From the NCBI GenBank assembly GCA_030324005.1, contig JARDVH010000031.1:52586832-52650600 (forward strand): a stretch of 63,769 nucleotides of DNA. The letters are read 5' to 3'. Under the pieces are notes generated by a model. The model was not told the origin of the DNA. It saw only the letters and a program-made list of their open reading frames with translations, and did not search any database. The translations under genes and the position numbers were made by a program. Below are positions 39,901 through 51,900 of this stretch, in pieces (the stretch's first letter is position 1; the number at the start of each line of letters is the position of its first letter). Source of the stretch: Negaprion brevirostris. Lineage: Eukaryota.

Positions 39901-42900
39901 TGCAGTTGAGCCACTAATGGTAGGAGAAAGTCAAGCCTCATCCATAGTACTGTGTCAGAAAGAATGGGCACTCCTATATCCATGTCCATGGTTTTATGGC
40001 CGTTGATCATGATATCTGCAGTCCAAAATGTGTCCTTAGAGTTTGCAACTTTGCTCAAGGAAGTCACTTTGTGTTCCTCTGAATCCTCTATTTTCTGATT
40101 GAACTTCCTTTAAATTTTTGACATGAAAATGAAAGTTTCTTGCTGCTATAACATCATATTTTAAAATATGCCCCCTCTTGTGGCAAGAGCAGCACTCTGC
40201 ATTCACAACAGGGCAAGCTTTGAACAGATGAGATTTTCTTCCCATCCCAACACGAACATGGAACAATGGCACCGACTGCATCCTCTTCCTGTTACCTGTG
40301 TTCTGGCAGGCTTGTTGATAGCCCTGGGACTCACAAATTGGACTGGATCTGTGGCAGCCCCCAGAAAGGCTCCCAATACCCCAGATGAACAGCATGCCCC
40401 GCTTCATGTTCCGCCAGTACTCTCAATACCTCATACTCACAGTTATTTGCTAAATAATCCAGGTCATCTATAAATTAAACAGCATCCTCCCCAGGTTCCT
40501 GGCTGCACCAATTGAAATTTGCATGGTCTCCTCCAGCATTGCTCTGCAGGTTAACATTGGAATCAAATACTTTTTTGATTTGATTTATTATTGTCATATG
40601 TATTAGCGTACAGTGAAAAGTATTGTTTCTTGCACACTATACAGACAAAGCATACCATTCATAGAGAAGGAAACGAGAGGGTGCAGAGTGTAGTATAACA
40701 GGTGTAGCTATAGTGTAGAGAAAGATCAACATAATATAAGGTAGATCCATTCAGAAGTCTCTGCAGATCTGGCAGCATCTGTAAAGAGAGAAAAGAGCTG
40801 ACGTTTCAAGTCCAGATGATCCTGTATCAAAACTGGGCTACGGATGCAGAGTACTGCTCTAGCCACAAGAGGGGGCATTTTAAAATAGTTACAGCAGCAA
40901 GAAACTTCCATTTACTGGACTCGAAATATCAGCTCTTTTCACTCTTTACAGATGCTGACAGACCTGCTGAGATTTTCCAGCATTTTCTCTTTTGGTTTCA
41001 GATTCCAACATCTGCAGTAATTTGCTTTTATCCAATCAAAAGCAGGGAAGAAGCTGTTCTTGGGCTTGGTACGTGACCTCAGGCTTTTTCTGTCTTTTCC
41101 CTGATTGAAGAGGGTGGAAGAGAGTATATATGGGGTTCATGGGCTCCATGATTATGCTGGCTGTCTTTCTGAGGCAGTGGGAAATGTAGACCGAATCAGT
41201 GGATGAGAGGCTGGTTTGAGTGACGGACTGGACTATGTTCATAATGCTTTGTAGTTTCTTGCGGCTTTAATCAGAGCAGGAGCCATACAACAGGAGCTGT
41301 GATACATCCAGAAAGGATGCTTTCTATGGTGCACCTGTAAAGGTTGGTGAGAGTCGTAGTAGACATGCCAACTTTTCTTAGCCTCCTGAGAAAGTAGGTG
41401 GGCTTTCTCAAGTATAGCTTTGGCGTGGAGGGGCCAGGGCAGGTTGTTGGTGATCTGGACACCTAGAAACCTGAAGCTCTAAACCATTTCCACTTCATCC
41501 CCATTGATGTAGACAGGGGCATGTCCTCCACTATACTTCCTGCAGACAATGACCAACACCTTCATTTTACTGACTTTGAGGGAATGGTTATTGTCATCAC
41601 ACCAATTCACCAGATTATCTCTTTCCTGTACTCCGTCTCATCATTGTTTAAGATCCAACCCACTATGGAGGTGTCATCAGTAAACCTGAAAATAGAGCTG
41701 GGGGGACTTTGATAACTTCTTTGTATTGCGTGGTTTCTTCATCAGCCCTGTAGTTGTGAAATGTTGCTGACACAGTTGCTGATTGCATAAAGGTGAACAC
41801 TGACCTGATCCTTACCTAGTATCTCATCAAAACAAAAAGCAGTCCGATGTAATCTGAATCAATGACACCAGTGTGCAGCTTGGTTAAGGCCCACCCCCAG
41901 TGAGGGTGAGGTATGTGGGCAGTGGTAAGACATTTTCCATAGCTGTGCAACTCTTGTCTCCTGCAATGGGGCTCTGGTAGTGACTAATTGCTCCATATGC
42001 TGCTGTAAGCCTTTCTCGAGTATGCTCTGCTGGTCTGGTGGCCTTTATTTTCCTGCCTTTATGAGCATTAACTGCAATCCTTAGCAAATGAGTTGATGCC
42101 ACCGTGCATTATCATCATGATCCTTGGTGGCTTTGACAGAAGACAGCTGGAAACCGCACAACTGCAGTGAACATTTATTGACTATTTACACTATTTCCAG
42201 AGAGGAACTTTTGCAGAACTCCACTCGTGTACTCAAGCTCTGAGCGTAATAGTTATTGACCGTTATACTACAAGCAGTATAAAGAAACCAGAGAAATATG
42301 CTTATAGTACCACATTGTGTCTGTATATTGAATTGTGATGTGGCTATATAAAATTATAAATGTCTTTTATTAGCAACCAATGTTTCTAAATTAATTATTT
42401 AACTCACTGTGCTTTCTGGACTCTGAACACATGATGGCTCTGCAACAACAGGTTTTATTAAAACACAATGCTTCTTTGGCCAGAATGTTACATTGACAAG
42501 GCAGGGTGTTCCCTGTCTGGAAGAATGTGAAATCACATGAGATGATGCAGGGCTTGTGTCCCAATGTTATTGCGCACTCAATTTGGTTGCTGAGCGGTCA
42601 TTGGCTGTGTATCCGCTGACAATTAAACAGCTAGTTAGGGGAATTAATAGTCCAGCTGTCTGGGATTTCATGTTGCCTAATGCAATTTTTAGGTAGGTGG
42701 ATGGGCAACACAAACAACACGGACAGGCAGCTGTCCTGTATTTTCACTTTTCGCATCCAAGGATGGGATAAAAGGGGGCAGGAGTATTGGCTGAATTGTT
42801 AGGAATTCAGGTTAGAGTTTGCTGTAGCACTGGTGTTGGCATTTCAGACCTATTCTTTTGCTTTCTTGTGAGGTATTTGCTTTGTTGACCTTGTCCTGAG

Positions 42901-45900
42901 GGCTCCTTTGCTCTGGTAATTCTTTTGGAGTATGCACTGCAAGGGGCAGTGTCACCTGCATTTCAGCAGACAGGAATTGTGTATCTGCTGGAGTCTTCCT
43001 CTGAGGAAGACCAGGGGCAGAAGAGAAAGGTCAGTTGTCTCAGGCAGCAACACAGGATACCCAGGAGGAGAGGTGCAGGAACAGAGGGTGTAGGTCAAGC
43101 AGGGAGAGGAGAATAAATCCACAGAAGATGTCATTATTCCACTGCCAGAATGTATCGGCAGTGAGCCAGTTACCTCAGCATGTCTGAGATCCAGTACCAT
43201 AGGAGACTCCGCCTCTCCAGAGAAACATCATTATGCTGCATGATTGACTAGACATCACCTCCAACTATGTGGGTGGACACCCAATGCAAGTGGCTCTGAA
43301 GGTCACAGTTGCTTTTAATTTTTATGCAACTGGACCTTTCTTGTGGTCAGTGGGGGAATCTGTGCAGTGCCTCCATTCAGCAATCCATAGCTGTGTCAAG
43401 TTCATAACTGACACACTGTCCTCACATTCATCCATTATGATAGACCAAGACAGCAAATATGAACAAGCTCGAGGTTCTGTAGCTATTGCAGGGTTCTCCA
43501 TGGTACTTTAGACAACATCAGCATCCACGTGGCTAACATGGTGCCAGTGGGTCAAGTGGGTGCCAATGTGAATAGGAAAGCTTATTATTCCATGACCAGC
43601 TAGTATGCAACCAAAGGACCCGGATTCAGCGAAGGCTGTTCATGGCTGGTTGACAAAGAATATCCATTAAGAAGATGGCTCATGAAAACATTCCTGCACC
43701 TTAGGTAAGAGGCAGAGGAGATGTACAATCAGAGTTCTGCCTTCCAGAAATGATTATTGAGAGAACAATAGGGCTACTAAAGATGAAGTTTCATTGCCCA
43801 GTCCATTCTGAGGGATTAGCAAAGGGAGGCTCATTCAAGGATGAGGAGACTGAAGCAGCTCCGCATGCCTCAGAAGAAGATTCCACAGATGGATTTAATG
43901 AGGAGCCCGGTCAGAGGGTGAGAACGAGCAAGTAGCCTTGATAAACCTTCAGGGAAAGCATTAACTCAACACTCCTTCAGTTTGTCTGCCGAGACTTGGC
44001 TTCCATCTCAGTGCAAGGACACTGCCTTCTTCGCACATGTTTTTGAGAAGGCAATGCTATGGCACAATGTCACCTCAGAATCTTTGTAATAAAGTTTGCT
44101 GTCCTGCTGTCTATCATAAGGTACTGATGAGGCCTGCACCTATGAAAAACATGAAGGACACTAAGATCACTGCAAAATAATACTTATTTATACCTTCATC
44201 AGACTTGCAAATGTGGAGCAGAACATAAAACGGTGCTTCATCTACCTCTCACTTTGCCAATGACCTCCTGAGCCAACCAGATGCTGAGGCCATTGCTCCT
44301 GCAAAATGGTAAAATTTCTCTTCCATAGCTCTGTTTTCCCCCTCGATAACTCCAGGCAGCCTTCAGGGAGATTTAAACCCACCCTCCCCTCCTTGGTTTA
44401 CCATTGGACCTGGCACCTGCCAGCCACTGGCCAGCCAGCCTGAATTTGAGTCATTCCTTTGTTTGCAGGTGGAAGCAGACAGCAAGGTGACCTCTGGGCC
44501 TGTGGATCATGCAAGCACAATGATTGAAAACGCTTGAGTTTTTTTAAGTTTCTTTTCACCCTTTTAATATCTTGCTTCCTTAAACAAATGATTTGTAGTT
44601 TAACTGTGCTGCAGCAGAAATGCTCCTCTCAAAGCCCCTCCCTGCCACCCACTAGTCACCGCTCTGCCCATGTGTCCTTCCTGAGCCAGGATCTGCAGAC
44701 AAACAACAAGACTTTGCATTTACATAGCATATTTAATGTAGTAAAACATCCCAAGACACTTCCAAGGTGCATTATTGATCAAAATAAGGTACCAAGTCAC
44801 ATTAGGAGATATCAAGGCTGATGATCTGAAGCTTGGTTGAACAGCTATGTTTTAAGAGGTGACTTGAAAGAAGAAAGAGAGATAAAGAGGTGGAGTGGTT
44901 TAGGAAAAAAATCCAGACTTGAGTTTGATGTACCTCTTTTCTGCTATTTACAAAACAATGCCCTCTGCCCCTCTCTTCATTCTCACCTCCCTGCCATGGT
45001 CCAATTATGTTATTTTACACCATCACTACTGCACTCGACCATGGGTAAAACATGTAAAAAACCAGAGAAGCCACTAAACCAATGGGAAAAATTAAGAAAT
45101 AAGGAAATTCAGGTAATGACTGGAGAAGATGGGAATAATTCCCTTGGAGAAGGTTGAGAGGAAATTTAATTTGAAATCATTGTGGATTGGACAGATTAGG
45201 TTGGAAAAACTGCTTTCATTGGTCAAAGGATCAAAAAAAGAGGGTGCAGCTTTAAGGTAATTGACAAAAGAAGCAATGGCGACATGAAGAAAAACATTTT
45301 CTCCCAGTGAATGGTGAGGATCTGGAACGCACTGTCTGACAGTGTGGTGGAAATAGGTTTAATCAAGGCATTTAGAGAGAAAATCAGATTGTTATCCGTA
45401 AAAGAAGAATGTGCAGTGCAACAGGAGGAAAGACCAGAGAGTGACACAAGATAAAATGCTCCCATCAAGAGCTGGCACAGCCACAATGGGGCCAAATGAC
45501 CTCATTTAATGTTGTAACAATCCTGAAATCCTGGTGAAAACAAATGGCACAATTTACCTTGCTGACAACCAACATTTTAAAATTATTTCAGGAGAAATTG
45601 GAATCAAAACGCAGTTTTCAAAAAACTGCGGAACTCAAGAATGGAGCTTACTCAACCCAACTATATTAGCATGTTCTGAATTATTTCAGCACTTCTTACC
45701 TTCATATGGATGTTCACAGGGACCTTCATCCTGGGTCATATATCTTTTCCACCTGTCATATACAGTCCTTTCCGCTACAATACGTTGTCCTTTTCCAACG
45801 GCCAATTTATACTGTGAGGCACTGGTTAACACCTTACCACTGCAATGCCACCACAATATTCCTGTTGTTGAATCACAGCTGAATAGCTTTAATGGCTGTT

Positions 45901-48900
45901 GCTCAGCACTGATATTTAGACCAAGACACATACTGCTGCTGAGATGGAAAAGGTGATGCTTTGATACCCATTTCCATAGCATGCTACTTGATGCCCTTTT
46001 GCAGTCATCAAGGATAAGCTCTTGGTTTTCCACATTTATGCAAGTGTTGAGATGCTCACTCTGCAGAATAAATATGTTGTCACCTGGTGGGGGCCGGGGG
46101 TGGGGGGGGAGGAAAACGAAGTTTAACAATGTTACAAAACATTTGGTGAACAAGAGTCAAAAGGATATCAAGACAAATGCATACATGGTCAAAGCAATTA
46201 CAATGTTGCTTTGAGAGAAACAGAAATCACATTGCAACAACATTTCCAAATAAATTAAACAAAACATGTACTTAGAATCATAGAACAGAATCATAGAATC
46301 CTTACAGTGCAGAAGGTGGCCATTTGGCCCATCAAGCCTGCACCGACAATAATCCCACCCAGGCCCTAATCCTGTAAACCCACCTATTTATCCTGCTAAT
46401 CGCTCTGTCACCAATTTAGCATTGCCAATCAACTTCACCTGCACATATCTGGACTTACCTTTATTTAATGTTATTACAGAGCACTGAATGGATGAATACA
46501 GGAAAATTATTGGAGACCAAATGTATGACCCAAGATGCCAGCCAAGCTTCCATGGAAGTCCCGATGCACTGACCTCTGTGAGAACTGCGCATGAAATCTG
46601 AACTTCTGATGGACAATTCTACTGTTCTCTAGGACACTGTGAAAGTCTCCAACTCTGAGCTGAAATTGAAGACTTTAGATGGTTCCGTGGGACTCACCTA
46701 TATAGTTGCCCAGTAGGTGTTACAACAGAAAATTCCTGGTCTAACTTCTGGATAACTACAGAATTGACCCTCAATCACTCACACTGATCCTCCCCTACCC
46801 CCAACTTCAAGGACCTGATCCACTTATCATTTCACTTCCCTGCCACCCTACCCACTTATCTCACCCACCCTAATAACTGACTCATCCAGCCACCCATTTA
46901 TCTATTCACTAACTTTCATCCATTCACTAACATTCACACTGGACATTAAAGCTTACCTCATGTCAGTTAATGCTGTAAGAAGGAGGCATGGCCTGGCTTC
47001 CACCCGGTGCTGCAGTGCTATAATGGATTTCTCCATGGGACTGTATACTCGGCATTTCTGATGAAGCCTGGCTCGGCAGATCCAACCAGAAATGTGGAGT
47101 ACTGTCCAAGCATTGAAAAAGTGGAGCGACAATGCAACGATGATTGTTACTTTGGAAAATCCAAACCAATGTGAAAATTGGTCAGGACCTGAAATGTTTC
47201 GAATAACTTTGCTAGCTAAGAGGCATAATGACCTCTATCTAATTGGTGAGCAATAATATTTGCAATTGGGGCAACTGACTTGATTTCCTATTTTTCACTT
47301 TTCTAGTTATTGGACCACAAAGCCTGCTTATGTCTGAGTTTCATCCAAAAATAGCAGCACTTAGCTGGACCAAAGTAAACCAAGTGAACGTTATTTGCTG
47401 CCAATTTTCCAAATGAAATGAAGATCATTGTACATTCCAAATTAACTGTACTGTGCTGTTGCACGCTAACAAGCAAGTATGTTATACTGTGTAACAGCTG
47501 ACCTTTAAGTTAATTTGTAGAACATTAATGTTCAATAAAGAAACGAAAAGGTTTCTGGACTGCATTCACAAGACTCTCTCCGTTAAAAACATAAAATTTT
47601 TGGCCTTTAGAAGAGCTTGGATAGGCCTCATTTGGAATACCGCAGCAAACTTTACAAATCCATGTTTTTGTTTGTTTTTTCCTCCAAATGGATGAGCGAT
47701 ATTAAGACACTGGAAAATATTCAGAGGAGAGACACATGAATGATTCCTGGTTGAAAACGCCTTAGCTACTCAAATGGGTTAAAAAACAAACTGGATCTAG
47801 TGTACTGTACTGACCTGGAATGCACTGTCTGAAGGAATGGTAGAAGCAGAATTGTTAGTAATTTCGAAGGAGAACTGGAAATATTTGAAGAGAAAAGAAA
47901 ATTCAGAGCCTCGGGGAAAGAGAATGGGACTGGCACTAATTGGATAGCTCCCTCAAAAAGCCAGAACAGCCATAATGGGCCAAATGGCCTTCTCCTGCAC
48001 TGTACAATTTGATTCTCTATGATATCGGTGGCATGATAGCACAGTGGTTAGCACTGCTGCTTCACAGCTCCAGGGACCTGGGTTCAATTCNNNNNNNNNN
48101 NNNNNNNNNNNNNNNNNNNNNNNNNNNNNNNNNNNNNNNNNNNNNNNNNNNNNNNNNNNNNNNNNNNNNNNNNNNNNNNNNNNNNNNNNNAGATGTGCAG
48201 GTTAGGTTGATTGGCCATGCTAAATTGTCCTCAGAGGTGTAGGTTAGAGGGATTAGTTGGTAAAATATGTAGGGATCTGGGGGTAGGTCCTGGGCGGGAT
48301 TGTGGTCAATGCATACTCGATGGGCCAAATGGCCTCTTTCTGCATTGTAGGGTTGCTATGATTCTATGATTTCAAATCAGTAACAAGAAGGCAAGGGGAA
48401 AGGCAGAGTGCCAGCGATACAAGCCAGGGTCAAAGTGTGGCTTCAGTTTAAACTGAACATGGTCCAATAATGTTTTTTTTGTTATAATATGTGACACAAC
48501 ATGGAGTCACCACAAGCAACTGTCAACAGGTGATATATAAATGCTTTACTGGCCAGAATTTTGCTGGCACATCGCCCCGATTCTGGGAGTGGTCGAGGTT
48601 CGGAGAACGGCATTCTCTGTTGGCCTTGGGTGGGATCGTATGAACCTCGGGCGAAAGTGCCAGTAAAATTCCTCTGGCTTTTGCTTTTGTTCATCAAGAA
48701 GTGACAGTGAATTTGCCTTGAGTGATGATACAATTATGAAGTTTGTTAGATTGTTGTATTTTGGGACTGTAGTTTTAAATTTATGGTAAAGGAAGGTGAT
48801 TTGTTCTGCAGTTTGCCTGACAATAAACCTAGCTGGTTTGATTGTTAGAGATCGAAGAAAAGCTTACATTGTTTTACAGAGAAGTTGGTACAAGGTATTG

Positions 48901-51900
48901 CTGTTAAAGATCTTCATCTTGTACTCACCAAGACAGAATCACAAGAATACCAAATTTCAAAGAGCACAACAACTTATAACTGCATGAGAAGAGGGTGCTG
49001 ATTGGCTGGTAGAGACAAAGTGACAGAGAATGCATCACAGAACAGTTAACTGCCAAGCTTTTCTTTAAATTTGAAACAAGGTATTGCCCCCACTAAGATT
49101 TTGTTCAGTTAAAAAAAATACAACACAGGAACATGTTCTTTCTGTTTGCAAAGACGCTATAGAGATTGTAACTAAAATGGTAGTAGCTTATTTTCATTCA
49201 GATATAGGAATCGGGTTAGTTGTTCTTCAAATTCAGGGGCTAGGCATTAAATTCAATAATATTGCAGCACCGGTTTTGCAGGACTTGAAAAGGTCTACCA
49301 AAAGAAAATTCATGGAAAAATCAAACTACAAATTAACTAGATTGACCTCTAACCTTTGAAATGACCATTCCAAAAATCTGTTCAAATGAAAAACAGATTT
49401 TGTTTGGCACATGACTGCAGTATTATTTGATTGCGAGAGTATTTATTTATAGCAAAGTGATTTGCAATGTGTGGGAAAATGTCCAAAGTAAAGAGCATTT
49501 TATTTATTTAATAATGTGTACACCAATGTCTAGTAATTGCAGTTAGAGAAAGTAATAAAAGTGACTGCTCGGTGCCAAAACATCACAGGGTTCTCTTTTG
49601 ACTCCCTATATGACTGAAAACAAATCTTCATAGCAAAGTTCTAGCACCATAATTTCAGTCACACTTTAGTGTGAATAGGAAACTGACTGCCACGAAAAAA
49701 TGTTTTCTCTTTCTCATCTCTAACTGTAACTCCCCTCCTTACCCACCCATCACCCCCCCTAGCCCCAGTGCAGACCTGAATTGTCCAATCAGAGCATTGC
49801 ATTTTTGGGTGAGATTATTTATTTGAATGCAGGGAGAAAAATAAATAAAACGTTTGCTTTCTTTCCCTATTTCTTGGCCTGGATAGCATAACGAGCATTT
49901 CCTGGTTTGGAATGAGCAGATGACATGTCTAGGATCAACCATTAAGAGAAAACATTTGGGCATGGCTTTTCCTCCATTGGTACAATCTGAAAGTTAGACT
50001 CAAAATTGTTTCCAACACTGCGCCCATTTTGCTGATGTCAAGTTATCCCAAGTATCCTTGTAATCTAATCTGAATATACAGGAACTTAAAAAACAGACTT
50101 AAATGTACATGGCAGTTCAAACGTAAAGGACGTTTATGGATGACACAGTGGCACAGTGGTTAGCAATGCTGCCTTACAGCACCAAGGACCCGGATTCAAT
50201 TCCAGCCTTGGGTGACTGTCTGTGTGGAGTTTGCACATTCCCCCCATCTCTGCATGGGTGTCCTCCGGGTGTTCCGCCTTCCTCCCAAAAATATGTATGT
50301 TAGATGGATTAGACATGCTAATTAGCCCTTATGGTAAACGTGCAGGGTTTCAGGGATGCCCTTTCAGACAGTCAGTGCAAACTCAATGGGCCAAATGCCT
50401 TCTGCTTGCCTTGTAGGGATTCTATGGCAATTGGAATAGAAACAATGGAGGTTCAGGAATACAGAAGTTAAATGCCTGGTCTGGCCTCAAAGTCTGCAAT
50501 ACTATTCAGCAAACATTAAACTGTTGATACTGTAGCTGAAAGAGCCAATCCAGCAGTTGATTTATGCATTGGAATATCTGGCAGAGCTCCAGTCAGGGGA
50601 CAATGATGGAATTGACACAAAGTTATTATGGTGGAGGTTCAGACAGCACTGCAGACTGTCGTGTCAGACAGCAGAGTGTGTTGGGACAAATGGCTTTCAC
50701 ACTCTTGCTGGGGATTCACAAAATCTCACGGCTGTTATCATTCCACTGATCAGGGTGCTGGACAATGGTTCAGGGCTTTCGGAGAACCAAATGACTGATG
50801 CTTTCACCTCTCTGGACAGCATGTTGTCAACTGCACACTAGAGACTGTATGAAGTAATTCAGAACCTTTACCTTTGCCCATAAATTCAAGGGTTTATATT
50901 ACTTGAATTCAGAATTACAGTTGTTAGAAAGTTGGATTAGATTTTTATTTTTCAAATTTACTAACTGTTTCATGTTTAAATCATAGTCCAAAGATGTGTG
51001 GGTTCAGTTGATTGGCCATGCTAAAAAAATTGCTCCTTAGTGTCCTGAGATGCGTAGGTTAGGGGGATTAGCGGTTAAATATGTAGGGATATGGGGATAA
51101 GGCCTGGGTGGGATTATAGTCAGTGCAGACTCGATGGCCAAATGGCCTCTTCTGCACTGTAGGGTTTCTTAGTGTTAATTTTCTAAGTGTTAAATGCAGA
51201 CAATTGGGACTAGATTAGTGGTAGAAGGGGACGGCTTGGATGGGTTGGGCCAAAGGGCCTGTTTCCATGCTGTAAACCTTTATGACTCTACAACAACTGT
51301 CTAATTTAAATACATTTCTTAAAAGTATTCCTTACTGAAAAAAATAGAAGTAAGATTTTCATCCAACATTTGTATTCACAATCAGTTTTCATATCAACTT
51401 TATGTGAATTTTTAAAGAGCTGTGTATAATGTTCCCTCTATTGGCCTATTCACTTGAACATGTGATACCTTTTGGATGGCCACGCACACATTCTGTCTTC
51501 AATGAGATAACCTGGGAATAGCCTTGTGGCATCTTTCAGATTGCTATACATTCACACATGTGCACACTGTAGAGAGAACATTGGCAATATCCAGGTCTTC
51601 TTCCAGTTGTGGTGTACTTGTGGCTCAATTGTTCATTGGATAAAGATCCAATGCCCAGCCCCTTTAAAGACAAATCTCCTGCAGAAATGACAGTCTCTTT
51701 GTACCAGCTCCTGCAGTGCAATAGTTCCTACCTATGTTGGCTCCTCTCACTCAGCATGTCACAGTCCAGTCCTTCAATCATGACAAAGTGGTACAGGGGA
51801 CAGCTTGCAAAGACAGTCCTTGTTCTTCTCTATGTAGAGTGTGAAATACTTCCCACATCTTTCAAAGCACTAGAATTCCCTCAATGTTTTTCTCAATGAT

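Larger units (their letters stand above)
40575..41705 (-). mobile_element. Rex-Babar LINE 3' fragment inserted in Gypsy gag
   Basis: [34 protein letters not shown]; [11 protein letters not shown]...[10 protein letters not shown]. Confidence 0.88.
39100..42313 (-). mobile_element. Ty3/Gypsy LTR retrotransposon relic (gag zinc knuckle, protease, RT N-half, possible 5' LTR at about 42105-42313), interrupted at about 40572-41710
   Basis: CCSCHKRGH knuckle; [17 protein letters not shown]; [37 protein letters not shown] motif; many frameshifts and stops. Confidence 0.85.

Noticed and set aside
43100-43810. Domesticated HARBI1 gene
   Set aside because: Multiple stops, frameshifts and deletions; an intronic transposon relic.
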